Below are positions 13,881 to 32,414 of a stretch of DNA of 64,000 nucleotides, one piece after another. The notes below the pieces were generated by a model, which was given only the letters and a program-made list of their open reading frames with translations, searched no databases and was not told the DNA's origin. How positions within the stretch are numbered: position 1 is the stretch's first letter; the number at the start of each line of letters is the position of its first letter. This DNA is from the human T2T-CHM13v2.0 reference genome, Homo sapiens: NCBI RefSeq assembly GCF_009914755.1, contig NC_060930.1; one strand, given 5' to 3'. The position numbers and the translations under genes were made by a program.

Positions 13881-14260
13881 TATTCTTGTGAACAATCATT
13901 TCTTAAATGTACTAGTATGATATATAAAGACCAAAACAGGGAACTATTTTCTTTAAGGGATTATCCTATTATTATAATGGTCTTATTTTCTGGTGACTAA
14001 TAACATCTCACTATATTATATATTTCAGAAATAGTATTTAAAATGAATAAGATTTAATAGTATGACCCCTTCCTCTATAAAGACCTTATCAGTCCTAAAG
14101 CTACAGAAAAATAGACATTAATTAAATTACTAATTAAAATAAAATTCCATCACAATTTTAATAAATTAAATCATTTTGTTCAGTATTTCTGAGATCACAA
14201 ATCTTAAATATCATTAAGAGGATATTCAAAGATGACTTTCAAGTAACTAAAAAGTTTATG

Positions 14261-14547
14261 GGCTACATATGGTGGCTCACACCTTTAATTCCAGCAATTT
14301 GGGAGGCCACGGAGAGAGGATCATTTGAGCCCAGAAGTTTGAGACCAACCTAGGCAACACAAGGAGACCTCTTCTCTACAAAAAAATTAAAAAATTAGCC
14401 AGGTGTGGTGGCACATGCCTGTAATCCCAGCTACTCGAGAGGCTAAGGCAGGAAGATCGCTTGAGCCTAGGAGGTTCACGCTGCAGTGGACTCCAGCCTG
14501 GACAACAAAATGAGATCCTGTCTCAAAATTTAAAAATAAAATAAAAA
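14261..14547 (+). mobile_element. AluJ about 155 bp downstream of exon 2 (antisense to CDK19)
   Basis: Diverged dimer; TSD taaaaagtttatg. Confidence 0.92.
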
Positions 14548-14665
14548 GTTTATGCAGATTTTCTCACTCTACATAAAATATTCTTAAACTAACATATGTA
14601 AAATAAACATTCATTATATATATTAATGAAACTTTTATATTAAAATAAATCATCACCCAATATCA

Positions 14666-14860
<195 letters not shown>

Positions 14861-17800
14861 TTAATTTCTCAGTGATATGTAAACATTCTCATTATACCAT
14901 GTATTGCTTATTATTTTTGATAATATTTCAACTACAGAAATATGAGATACCAAAAGAAATTCATGTCACAATGAAAACATCAGACACAGCGAAAACACAA
15001 AATTCAAAATTGAAACAGAACAGGATACTAAACACAGCACTAGTTTCAAAGAGTAAACAAGCATAAATATAAACTCAAACATATTGCAAGATAATTCCAC
15101 TCCTGTCTTAATTACCTGGAGTCAACAAAAGCATTCTGTTATAGACATTCACTATAAAAAACTGACAGACATAAACTCCCAGATTCATTTAAAGTAATTT
15201 CATAGTATAAGAAGCTTTATAGGAATCATAACCCACTAAAACACACTGTATCTCACCTAGCATGGGGACATTCAAAAGCCCGAGGACCTCAATCAAAAGC
15301 CTTTTAAAGATTTCAAAGCTCTAGCCACCAACATGTCATTCTCAGGAACACTAGGAGAAACCCAGTAGTTAAAGTGGATTTTTCAAACAATGGACATAGT
15401 ATTAGGAATCCTGGGAAATCCCAACAGTTACTAAGTTGCTTAACCAAGAGAATACAGCAGTTCAAAATCTGGTGAAACATTCTGTTAAAATATTAACAGT
15501 ATGAGATAAGCAGCTAGTACAATACAGTAAGTACAGTAAGCATTCTCAAGGGTGCTGATACCAGAACCAGCCACACAAAGGTCTCAGCTGAATGTCATAA
15601 CTATAGTTCATATTGTGAGCTGTTCTTATAAGAGAAGTTAAATCCATGCCTTCCAAGTTTTGTCTTTTGATCATATTAGAGCCTCAGCAAAGTATCACCA
15701 TGTCATGATGTTTTTGTCAAATATAGCGCCAAAGTAGTGCCACATCTGTCTTAGCTATTCCTCATTTTCCCCATTCTATGTTTACCTGCAGATAGAGCAG
15801 TTTAGGATGTTATTCAAAATCCACATTTTAAAACACCATTTTAAATCCCTTTTGAAGATTTTCACAATCATCTTCAAGCAAATAATTGAGTTATGGTTAC
15901 TTTCCCTCACAATGAGTTTGAAAATTATATCCATTTTTCTTCCAACAGATAGCATTCAGGAAATAATTAAACAGTATTTTGACAAATAAAACATACTAGG
16001 TATGTCAACAAGATGGACTATGATGCAATTTTTTAAATGATGGCTAGAAGGTCATTAGAAACATGGAAAATATTTACCATATACTACTGAGAAAATACAC
16101 AAATTATACTATATAAAAATATACATCTACAAATATGTTGAAGGCAATACAAAAAATTAACAGTTACGTTAAGATATAGGAAGTTATGTCAACTAACTTT
16201 AGTGCTAATATTATATTGCCTTTAAAAAGCCAAAATAAATTGATACTCTGAGAATACCTACTAAAACAATCTTTAGTATTTTCAAAGTGATAGCTCAGGC
16301 ATGTTTTAAAAAGCAAAGTCAAAAATAAGGAAAGTTTAAATGATCATTTTTTCCTTTTTCTCCATCCTGTTTTTTGCCCAGACATAAAACCAGACTTTTT
16401 CAGACCACTCAGAAGCCATTAAGAAGCATAAACTGCAGGTGATTGAATGTAATCAAAGCCAAGTGTCCCTCCTGTGCCTTAAATGTATTTGTGGGTACAG
16501 AGTGAGAGCACATGTGCCTGAGAAGCTCAACACAATGCTTACGATGTAAATTTTATACATTTAATAATTAAGTTATCTATCAGGTATCTATTGCTAAATA
16601 TTTAAGTTTGATGTATTCTTGAAACAAAATTATAAAAGCTTTCTAAAAAATTTTTCACATGAAACTATAATTTTTTCAACAGAAACATTTCAATCCTCAG
16701 TTCCCCTAGACAAAGTAGTCCAGAAGCTCATGTAATTGCATAGTTTTATTTTTAATACTGTAAAGAATATTACACAATCTGGATAGGTTATAGTTGCTAT
16801 GGAAACTATAAGATCTTTGCAGTAAGTCAAAAAGTGCAAAATTAACACATCAAATTAATGGCTTTTGAATTTCACATCCAGGCTGTCAAAGGAATTTGAA
16901 AGCTTGAACAGAAGAGACTGAGCATAGGCCTTTTACTCTAAATTATGTGGACAGGAACAAGGAACAAACCCAGTAATTATTTCACTTAATAAGTTTAAAT
17001 ATAACTTCCACCTGCTAAAATAAAATACTAAAAAATTTGCAATTTTAAGATTTATTTGCAACATTTAAATTGAGAATGAAAGAAAGTACATATATCATTA
17101 CTATTTCTCTTTGTAAACTAACTGTCAGATGGTAAGTGATGATGCAGCATCTCTAAGGTTCACCATATGAAGAAGTTGCAAGGTCCCAGAGGGCATATGG
17201 GACTTCTTGGCACTGTACTACGTGAATGCCAATCTTTGGGCATATGCCAACACCTTAGTCTGAAGACAAAACATGCATCCTTTAACACAACGTCTAGAAA
17301 TATTTCAATGATTAGGCACATGAGACAGGGAAGCTTTATTGCTCTCATCCCACGTGAGTGCCCCTCTCCAGGAGTTCCTCCAAGTAGAGGAATTCATACC
17401 TCACAGCTTAGATGTTTCAGGCACATGTAATATTAAATATCATAAAAGAACAATTTTTTATTTTACATGACAAAGCTGAAAAGCAGGTGAACCTGCCTAG
17501 CCTACACTGCTATGATAATCCAGCTTTTAGAGGCAGCTTAGTTCCTCCTTAAAACTATTTCATTTCCAAATTACTTTTATTTCTAAATAACATAAAGATA
17601 GACAAAGCAATTCCAAAGCCTTCAGAGAAACTGTTTTCTACATTTTCGTGTATATTAGATAGTATGATTAGAGCAACTGCATATTGAAATTAATCAGAGG
17701 AATTTACTAAATGCATCCAGAAGAATTAAAAATACATGTATTTGTACTATAAACATGGATAAATGCTATATAGAATTTTTAAATATCAAGATGTTTCTTC

Positions 17801-17957
17801 TATATGTCTATAACATGTAGCAACACCATGAAAACTTCACTCTCAGCAGTCACAATGAAAAACAATTGTTTGATGTGAACATTACGTAACAAAATAGAAC
17901 AAATAAATTTGACACAGACCAATTCTATTAGGTCTTCCATCTGAGACACTATGTTCC

Positions 17958-18645
17958 TTTTTTTTTTGAGACAAATGTGTCCCCCAAGTACAGTAGCACG
18001 ATCTGGGCTCACTGCAGTGTCAACTTCATGGGCTCAGATGATCCTCCCACTTCACCCTCCCAAGTAGCTGGGACTGCAGGCACATACCACACACCCAGGT
18101 AATTTTTGTATTTTTTGTAAAGATGGGGTTTCGCCATATTGGCCAGGCTGGTCTCGAACTCCTGAACTCAAGTGATCCGCCCACCTCAGCCTCCCAAAGT
18201 TCTAGGATTACAGGCCTGTACCACCGCGCCCTCCTGGCTCTGGAAAATTTTTGATGCAAACAATTCTATAGAGAGTAGAAAATATAAAAAGCACACATCT
18301 GTGCAAAAAACAGAAATCATTATTTTGCCTCATCATATGAATGACCACACTATTTTTTTTTTTTTTGAGACAGAGTCTTGCTCTGTTGCTCAGGCTGGAG
18401 TGCAGTGGCATGATCTCAGTTCAGTGCAACCTCCGCCTCCCAGGTTCAAGCATTCTTCTGCATCAGCCTCCAGAGTAGCTGGGACTACAGGTGCCCGCCA
18501 CCACACCCAGATAATTTTTGTATTTTTAGTAGAGATGGGGTTTCACCATGTTGGCCAGGCTGGTCTCGAACTCCTGACCTGGTGATCCGCCCGCCTTGGC
18601 CTCCCAAAGTGCTGGGATTATAGGCGTGAGCCACTGCGCCCAGCC
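17958..18645 (-). mobile_element. Two antisense Alus (17958-18239 J-like; 18353-18645 S-like)
   Basis: Alu consensus matches; the second is flanked by aatga(c/t)cacac. Confidence 0.92.
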
Positions 18646-18689
18646 AAATGATCACACCATTAACCAAAGAAATGATGACATGACCTAAA

Positions 18690-19350
18690 TGAAGACCTGG
18701 AAACCTAAGATTTTATCCTAAAAGCAATGAAAATTACATATGAAGGTTAATCTTATTAGAGAGGACTAAGATTAAAGGGATGAAAAACAATTAGGAAGTT
18801 ACTGTGATGTAAGTGTGAGAAGGTGAAAACCTGGATGAGTAGAACAGAATGTTAGCTCTGAAAGGGATCTAAGACAATCCTGTATAATCTGTTCACTTCA
18901 GTGATGAAGAAACTAGGCCAGCAGCCAGAGGCAGAGCTAAGACCAGCTCTTCCAATTCTTCATGACAGAGGGGTAATAAGACAGGAGAAAAGAAGGGACA
19001 CCTGTGATAGTCATTTTAAAGGAGGAATTGATGGGACCAAATGAACAGAAAAGATTGAGAAGGAAGAGTCAAAGATGAGTCTGAGGTTTTGAGCTTGGCT
19101 GATGCAAGGATGATGCCACTAAGAACAAGGTTCATATCAGATCTCAGAAGATTCTGTAGCTTATAAATGATTCCTTTACATAGAAAGAAACCCCAACCAA
19201 AAATGAAAATATCTCGGAAGTTCAAAAAGGAGATGTCCTGAAGATATTTATTTACTAAGCGTCTACTATAGCAGAGTTTCAGACTGAAAGGTTTGAATCC
19301 ATAGATGTGATGATATTGCCTAGAGGAAGTAGCACATAGATAAGAAGACT
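18690..19350 (-). mobile_element. L2 fragment with an embedded MIR piece
   Basis: gagtcaaagatgagtctgaggttttgagcttgg...gatgccact is typical antisense L2. Confidence 0.6.
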
Positions 19351-19417
19351 TTTGAGTGCCCAGGAAAGAACTGGAGGGAGGGAGGAAGGGAAGGAAACAG
19401 TTCTGAAGATACTTCTC

Positions 19418-19709
19418 TTTTTCTTTTCTGAGACAGAGTCTCACTCTGTCACCCAGGCTGGAGTGCAGTGGTGCAATCTTGGCTTCACTGCAACCTCCGC
19501 TTCCTGGTTCAAGCAATTCTCCTGCCTCAGCCTCTGGAGTAGCTGGGATTACAGGCGCATGCCACCACGCCCAGCTAATTTTTGTATTTTTGGTAGAGAT
19601 AGGGTTTCACTATGTTGCCAGGCTGGTCTCGACTCCTGGCCTCAAGCGATCCACCCACCTTGAACTCCCAAAGTGCTGGGATTACAGGCATGAGCCACCA
19701 CACCCAGCC
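19418..19709 (-). mobile_element. Alu
   Basis: Antisense dimer; TSD atacttctcttt. Confidence 0.93.
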
Positions 19710-19737
19710 CAATACTTCTCTTTCATATCCCTTAGAA

Positions 19738-20257
19738 CAGGGTCCTCAACACTTGGCCCACAGATCCCTACCAGTTGGTGGCCTGTTAGGAACAGGGCTG
19801 AACAGCTGGAGGTGAGTGGTGGGCGAGCAAGCAATGCTTCATCTGTATTTACAGCTACTCTCCATCACACCCATTACCACCTGAGCTCCACCTCCCGTCA
19901 GATCAGTGGCGGCATTAGATTCTCATAGAAGTGCAAAACCCACTGTGAACTGCACGTGCAAGAGACAGGTTGCATGCTCCTTATGAGAATCTAATGCCTG
20001 ATGTTCTGTCACTGTCTCCCATCACCCCCAGATGGGACCATCTAGTTGCAGGAAAGCAAACACAGGACTCCTGCTGATTCTACGTTATGGTGAGTTGTAT
20101 TTCATTATATACTACAGTGTAATAATAACACAAATAAAGTGCAAAATAAATGTAATGCACTTGAATCATCCTGAAACCATCCCCACCCTGCTGGGTCTGT
20201 GGAAAAACTGTCTTCCACGAAACCCGTCCCTGGTCCCAAAAAGGTTGGAGACCACTG
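19738..20257 (+). mobile_element. MER1A (hAT-Charlie non-autonomous DNA transposon), full length
   Basis: cagggtcctcaac...ggttggagaccactg termini; perfect 8-bp TSD ccttagaa (19730-19737 / 20258-20265). Confidence 0.92.
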
Positions 20258-21311
20258 CCTTAGAAGACAAACAATTCTATGAAGTTTGCTTTTTCTAAAC
20301 CTTATGAGTCAAATTCAAATCATGAAATCATCAGAAATACAGTATCTAAAATAAGACAGTATTACCAGTTTTTACAACTAGGTGTTACTAGTAAGACATT
20401 CTTCAAACTATGTGATGTGCATCCATTGGTCAGATTAAAAAAAAAAAAAAGACATTCTTCAAATCATATGACATCTGAGCCAACTATTTTTTTCTTCAAG
20501 AAGAATGATGAAATAAATCAATGTTGTATCCCTTTCCTTTATTATGTGATGATTTGGCTTAGCCGAGTAGGAGGCTTCCACAACATGGAAAAATAATTTT
20601 AAAACACAATGTGGAATAAAAATTTGAAATAACAAAAAAAAAAAGATCATCTTGTTTCATATGGGTATCATTCTGAATTATTCAGTATCATCATGAGCCC
20701 AATATTCAGCCAGCCTAGTAGTAATGATCCCTTATTTGGAAACAGTATTCTTTATTACATAATAACATATTTAAATTTTTTATGATGAAATTTTTCAAAA
20801 ATAAATAAATAAATGACAGTAATGCTGCATGTACCCATCCCACAATTATCAACTCGTGGACAGCCTTATTTCTACTGCCTCTACTTTTCTTAATTATTTT
20901 GAAACAAATCCCAGACATCTTTCCATTTCATTTATAAATAGTTCAATGTCGTAACACTTTAATATCAAGAATTTTTCTAGTTTGAATAGTCTTTTAAAGT
21001 AATTCTGAAACATTTAAAATCTTCCAACATAAGGTACTGCTATTATTTTGTTTTCTTCTTATTAATGAATGATGTCAGATAATACTAGCACACTCTTTAT
21101 GCTTTCCTTTCCTTTTCTGACAAAAATGTGCTTCAAAAATTATGCTTTCATCCACCAAATATTTCACCTATTCTATCTCTAAACATCACCAAAATACAGT
21201 ACTATTCTTCTTTATTCAACTTAAGAATTCCCTCGCAACATGAAAATGTGACAACAGTTTGATTATGTCTTTGCTTTCATTTCTTAGAAAGACTACCTTT
21301 ATTTACTCCTG

Positions 21312-23915
<2,604 letters not shown>

Positions 23916-24553
23916 CCTTGTGAGTCTTTATACAGAGAGACACACAAGCAAAGGGTACAATCTAATAAATGCTATAACAGAAAAACATGCAAAGAACATC
24001 AGATAATGAGTGAATAGAAGGGCTTGGTTGTGGTGGAGGGGATAGACAGGGACTGCTATCAGGTAAACAATTTTCAAAGGAACATTTGAGTGGGTCCCGA
24101 GAGATAAGCAGGATTTCACTGAGCAAAGGAGGAAAGGACAGGGCCTTATAGACACCAGAAACGTGTGGACAAAGTCCAAAGATTAAGATCCATGCTATAT
24201 CCAAGCAATTAGCCAAAGACAAATACAGCTAGAATACAAGAGGTGAAAAAACACAAGAAAAGAGCAAAGCAGACAGAATCAGCATAGTTTTGTATGGTAT
24301 GCTGAAAACTTGGCACTTTTCCTGTACTATCGAAAGCCATCAGAGGTTTTCCAGCAAGAGAAACATGATCAAACAGGTATTCTCAGTAAGCAGATAGTAT
24401 GCAGGGTAGATCAGAAGATTTAAAGCCAGAGGCAGGGGGATCAATGTAGAAGTTTGAGGAGGGTGGATGAGGGCCAAAATTAGAGTAAATGTAGTCAGAA
24501 TGGAGGGAATGGACTCAAGAGGCATTTCAGAGAAAAAAATATATATCTATTAT

Positions 24554-25144
<591 letters not shown>

Positions 25145-25204
25145 TTATCTACTGTGGCCAAATATATTTAGGTACATTGTAGGCATTCAAGAAATATTTA
25201 ATGA

Positions 25205-25288
25205 ATATGTATGCATATGTGTGCACATGTTTGTGTATATATGTATGTGTATATTTACGTGTGTGTGTGTGTATGTGTATATATATGT
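25205..25288. repeat. Imperfect (TG)/(TA) microsatellite
   Basis: atatgtatgcatatgtgtgc...gtgtgtgtgtgtatgtgtatatatatg. Confidence 0.85.
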
Positions 25289-25608
25289 TTCTTGGGCAGA
25301 CAGCCAAAAGAACAGCTGAAGGTAACTGAGATTTCTAGTCAAAGTGTTGTCTCAGTGAAATTAAGTCCATTTACAAAAAAGAAAAAATAATACTGACAAT
25401 GGGCTAGTTTGGAAGTAGAGAATAAATTCGTTTTGGACATGTTGATTTTGAAGTAGCAACTGAAGAGGCAGTAGAATATGAATGAAAGAAAATAACAGAA
25501 CTGGAGTTCAGAAAAGAGAACATCTCCATAGAGGTGACTGTTAAAACCACAGAAGTAACTGTGATCACAAAGGGAAAGAACACAGAACCAAAGGGCTAAA
25601 GATAGTGG

Positions 25609-25825
25609 TCAGTGCAACCAAACCTCTTTCACATGATGGCACTCACATAATGCTATTATTTCTACTCTGGACACCAGGGTAGAAACAGACAAAACCACAC
25701 ACGGGCAGAGAGAAAAGGACCCATGGGCTTCCACTGCCCTAAACCCCACTGGTTGCCAAAGAATTTAGAGGATTAATTAACAGGACCCATAACCCATTCA
25801 CAGCACCCATGCCACAGGCGCCCTT
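25609..25825. mobile_element. MER102-like hAT-Charlie fossil
   Basis: ttcacatgatggcactcacata...ataacccattcacagcaccc resembles the MER102 consensus as I remember it. Confidence 0.55.
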
Positions 25826-25949
25826 CTTCAGTAAACACCATCCTACAAAAGGCTGAAGAAAGGGAAACTATTAAAATTCCCCGATAGTAGCAAATCTGGA
25901 TGTGGGATATGCTAAGAAAATTGGGTTGACTCCCCTCCCCTTAGAAAAG

Positions 25950-26440
25950 GAGAGCCATAAAAAAGGATAACCTAGATGAAAAGAGACTCAAAGCATATAA
26001 CAATCAAATACTATGCACGAAACACTTGACTAAATTGTGGTTCAAATAAAAATAGCTATAAAAGTTTACTTGTGGGACACCTGGGGAAATTTAATTATGA
26101 ACCAGAATTTACATAATATTATTATGATATGGTTAATTTTATTTTTTAATTTTTATTAACTGTCAAATATAGGATAATGGTATGGTAATGCAAGCAAATG
26201 TTCTTATTCTTAAGAGATATAGGTTCAACTATTTGTGTGTGACATGTAATGACAACAACAAATTAATTTCAGGTTGTTCAAGTACATCAAAAACCATTCA
26301 TATATGTACATAGAAATAAAGCACTTATAGAAAGATAATAACAATTGAACCTAGGCATTCAAGGCAGCTGAATGTAGGTGTTCACTGTTCTAAAGTAAAC
26401 TTTTCTGCTTTTACAGAACTTTTCTTAATAACAAAATTGA
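25950..26440 (+). mobile_element. L1MC-like 3' fragment
   Basis: gggacacctggggaaatttaattatg...gataatggtatgg...gttcttattcttaagagat. Confidence 0.6.
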
Positions 26441-26484
26441 AGAGAGAAATAACGAATAAGCAGCAGTTAAAGAGTTAAAGAGAA

Positions 26485-26765
26485 GGCCGAGTATGGTGGC
26501 TCACATCTGTAATCCCAGCACTTTAGGAGGCCAAGGTGGGTGAATTGCTTGAGGCCAGGAGTTTTGAGACCAGCCTGGGCAACGTGGCAAGACCCCATCT
26601 CTAAAAAAAATTTAAAAATTGGCTGTGCATGGTGGTGCTCACCTGTGGTCCCAGCTACTCAGGATGTTGAGGTTGGGGACCGCTTGAGCCCAAGAGGTTG
26701 AGGCTGCAGTGAGTCATGTTTGCGCTACCACACTCCAGCCTGAGCTACAGAGCAAGACCCTGTCC
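26485..26765 (+). mobile_element. AluJ
   Basis: Diverged dimer; flanked by gagttaaa. Confidence 0.9.
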
Positions 26766-27555
26766 CCCACCTCCCCGCAACAAAAAGGAGTTAAAAAGAA
26801 AAACAATGAAAAACAATAAGAAAGGGGTGTACAGAAGCAAAGAAACAAGCATTAAAGGGTAGGTGGGCAAAAGTGTCAAATGTAGAAGCAAGGTCAAATA
26901 GGAGAGAATGGAAAAGAGCTCATCGAATTTAACAGTTAATGACATTTGTGAGAGCATCACTAGTAGAGCAAGCGCTTTGTTCAATACTCTCTCAAGGACC
27001 TTACCATACTTTATTATAATTAGTTAGAATTGATTCATCTCCCTTACCCCATCCCCAAATGAGGAAGGAGACTATCTTGCTCATTTCTGTATATTCTCTA
27101 GGAGCTAAGTACTTTGCAAACAGTAGGAACTAAACATGTTACCAAAATAAACTTGTTCATTAGTCTTGGTCATTTTAAAAAATATTTTCACAGTAATAAG
27201 AAAATCTAGAAAACTGTCTTTTAACTACACTCCAAAGATAAAAATATATATATTCTGAAAAATAAAATTAAAATGACAGTGATGATCAAACATCAGTATT
27301 TTTATTGTAAAGGTAATTATATCTAGAAATTCACCTAAAAGCAAGTACCTCCTTCTGGAGGGAAGGAGAAAAATATAAATATTTTGCCATTCTTAAATCC
27401 CACCCTGTCAGATCAGATAGAGCTAGATCATCAGATCAGACAGTACTGAATCAAAAATCTTCTCCCCTTAGGTGCATTTTAAGATTTAAGTCTTCATGAA
27501 ATCATCTCAAATATAAATATCAATGAAAAATAAATACTTAAAAAAAAAAATGATG

Positions 27556-28230
<675 letters not shown>

Positions 28231-28639
28231 ATATTAACACTGGAGATAATTTTATTTCCTTCTTTATGCTTATCTATACTTTTTGATTTTTCCATAATGA
28301 ATATTAACTACTTGTATAATAATCATTTTCTTTTAAAAGTTTCCATATAAATTGACCTGAATTCACCTGTATGAAAGGTCAGGTTAACCTGACCTCGTTA
28401 AATGATCCATTTCATAGAAATGCCAACCCAAGACCAAATTCTAGTCACTAAAAAGCTGAAAAACAAGAAGTTAGGAAAAGAAAGCTACTGCCAAAGCAGA
28501 ATAAATACCAATAATAATGAGCCAATCAACTGGGAACTTATGGAGGGCAACAGCATTTTTCCATTTACCATTAAATCAACATTAAAACAAAAAGTAATAC
28601 TATCCAATACAACACATTTACAATAAGATTTATAATAAT

Positions 28640-29495
28640 AGCTACACTTGTATGGTACTTACTATATGGCAGGGACCGACTAAAAGCCTCAACTAGGCCA
28701 GGCGCGGTGCATCACACTTGTAATCCCAGCACTTTGGGAGGCCGAGGCAGGCAGATCACTTGAGGCCAGAAATTCGAGACTAGCCTGGCCAACATAGTGA
28801 AACTCCATCTCTACTAAAACTACAAAAATTAGCCAGGCATGGTGGCACGTGCCTTACAGTCCCAGCTACTCAGGAGGCTGAGGCACAAGAATCACTTGAA
28901 CTTGAGAGGTGGAGTTTGCAGAGAGCCAAGATTGTGCCACTGCATTCCAGCCTGGGCCACAGAGCAAGGCTTTGTCTCAAAAAAAAAAAAAAAAAAAAAA
29001 AAAGCCTCAACTATATTAACTCTTTTAGGCTGGGCACAGTGGCTCATGCCTGTTAATTCAAAACTTTGGGAGGCTGAGGCGGGAGGATTACTTGAGCCCA
29101 AGAGTTCAAGACTAGCCTGGGCAACACAATGAGACCCTGTCGCTACAAAAAAATACAAAAATGAGTTGGACATGGTGGCACATGCCTGTAGTCCCAGTGA
29201 CTCAGGAGGCTGAGGTGGGAGAACAGCTTGAACTGAGAGGTCAAGGCTGCAGTGAGCTGTGATCACATCATTGTACTCCAGCCTGGGCGACAGGGCGAGA
29301 CCTTGTCTCAAAGCATACAAAACTCTTACAATCCCTACAACGTGCTATGAAGCAGGTACTATTAACCATCCCCATTATACAGATGAGGAAACTGAAAGCA
29401 GGTAGACTAAGTAACTCGCTCTATATCACAAAGCTCATTAAGTGGCGATCCAGAATTCAAACTTAAGTAGTCTGGCTAAAGAGTCTGTGCTTTAA
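28640..29495 (-). mobile_element. MIR interrupted by two sense Alus (28696-29003, 29028-29311)
   Basis: ataatagctacacttgtatggtacttactat...cccattatacagatgaggaaactga; Alu TSD aaaagcctcaacta. Confidence 0.8.
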
Positions 29496-29696
29496 TCGCT
29501 ATAGTGATTATTTCCCTTCTCAGACGGGGAATATGCCTGTCCAGTCTCACAGGCAAGACAGCACGATACATCTGAAGTTCAGTAAGGCTGGTTTCAAGTA
29601 GGGGAAAGCAAGTTAAAGCTGGAGAAGCAAGAAGGCCAGATGAAGCAGAACAAGTAGGAACACAGGTAAGGATTTTAAGCAATCTGGGTTGGTGTT

Positions 29697-29828
29697 TTCG
29701 TTTGTTTTTTGATAGGAGGGGGTCTCATTTTGTTGCCCAGGCTGGTCTCGAATGCCTTGGCTCAAGTCATCCTCCTGCCTCAGCCTCCAGAGTAGCAGGG
29801 ACCACAGGTACATGCTACCCTGCCCAGC
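29697..29828 (-). mobile_element. FLAM_A-like monomer
   Basis: Antisense monomer. Confidence 0.75.
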
Positions 29829-31950
29829 ACACAATCTGTGATTTTTGTAGTCTGAAGGTGTGAAGATAGCACAGGCAACTGGTTAAGAGGCCTTTGCAAA
29901 TAATTTAAATGAGAGGTGGCTATAGTCTAAATTAGGATAGTAGCAGAGGCAATAAAAAGAAGTGGATGGATCTTACAGGTAATTAGGAAACAGTGTCAAC
30001 AGAACATGTGGTGAAGAAACAAGAGAAAGAACTGCAAAAACTTGATTCCCAGTGTCTAGCTCGGGCAATGGGTGATGGTGATACCATTCACTGAGTTAAG
30101 AAGAGCAGATTGGGCAAGTTTTAAATAAGTTGAGAAGACTGTGGTATTGTGCAAACCAAGACGTCCAAAAGGCGTCTGGACACACATATAGTTTAGACAG
30201 GAGATGTGGACTAGAGATAGAGATGTGAAAGTATTTAGAAATTGAAGTCATGAGACTAGGAGAAAAGAATCCTGAAAAACATCATTTAAGGATGTTTTTC
30301 ATTTAAATTTCACTTAAGGATGCTCAGTGGTTTACCAATTATTTTACTTTACTTTTGTCTTTCCAACTAAATACTAAGTTCATTGAAAGCAATGATGCCT
30401 CCTACAAGCCTCTGTAACTCCACAGCTTTTCACATATTTATGGGTATTTGTGAGGTACTTAACCAACTGAGATATGGAGAAGGGATAAATAAAATACACT
30501 TGACACTAGGAAAATCCTTTTCTTAGGATTCCTTTGATCTTCCATTTTCCCCCCAGGCTTTTGCTCCCTCAATTACTGCTGCCCTGACTGTGCTAATCCA
30601 ATGGAAAAAGATGAATTTGGGGACTGATAACTCTGGAGTTATGCAAAGGTTCTGTGATCTACTTTCTCATACCCAATACCCCATAAGCAAATTAGGGAAA
30701 AATTATTTTGTTTAACAGAAAAATGGAGAAGAAGGATCCTCATTGAAAATAAAAGACAAAATTTGTTCTAGTGTATTTTACTGCCACAGTAGAAATTTGT
30801 ATACTGTCAATCACAAAATATTCACTGTTTTTGGCCCTCCATCTTCTTCTCACTGATTGATTTCCCTGATCTCTCTTTCCTCCTATTCCTCCTATCAGAC
30901 AAGATTAAGCTTTCCAGAAATTTTGTGAACACCCTAGCCTGAGGTCAAAGCTCTCTTCTCTGCATTCACCAAGCATGTGTATGCACTATACAAGTAGCAT
31001 TCATCATATACCACTTTGTATGGTAACTTTTCCATAGTGTGTGACATAAAGAACTTGGGCTATGGACTTATATACCTCATATACCTATCCCACTAAGTCA
31101 CACAGCGAATAGGTTACTTATACCTTCATATTATCGTTTTTGCACCTGTAAATTAAGAATATTTACCTTATTCAACAGCTTTGAAGATAAATGAGATAAG
31201 GCAGAATACGTAAAGCACCTAGCACAGTGTCCAGCACCTATTATAGGTTCATTAATATCAGTTCCTCCAACAAAATTGTAAACCTTTTAGGGACTATGGA
31301 AGAAGTTCACACATAGGCATTTCAATTAGAATACTTGGGAAGAGATACAGGAATATGAGTTTTTGACAAATACATATCAGTAAAAATGGAACACAGCACT
31401 TGAAATTATTCTTATATGAATAATAAGTTTCCAGAGAGGAAGTATCATTATCATGTGTATCTTTGTAGCCAATGTAATACCTTGGAGCTAACAATCAAAT
31501 ATTTGATGAATTGATTAACCGATTAGATGACTGACTTCACTGGCTATCTGCCTTTTCAAATAAGATAGAGGTTTACAGTAAGAGTCTAGAATTAGGTTTT
31601 ACATTCAACAGGGCATTGTAGTACATATTGGGAACTACAACGCTTGCAACAATATACTGAGGTATAGTCTTTGCCCTCCAGAAGTTCAGAATAGAGAAAC
31701 TAAAGAAAATAGAAGGTATTATATATTAAAACTGCCTGAATCCCATAATTTAAAAAACTTTTATGACCATCCATTTAATCCCATCTTTCTCATAAAAGTT
31801 AAGGCAAAGTGAAGGAATGGAGGGAAAGAGAATGGAGTGCTCCTATGATCTGATATAAGCAGTACTTGACAATTTTTATACTACCAAATATAGAATAATA
31901 TATTGAGATTATTATAATTCGTGGAGAGAAACTAAACACGTTCCCCCTAA

Positions 31951-32414
<464 letters not shown>

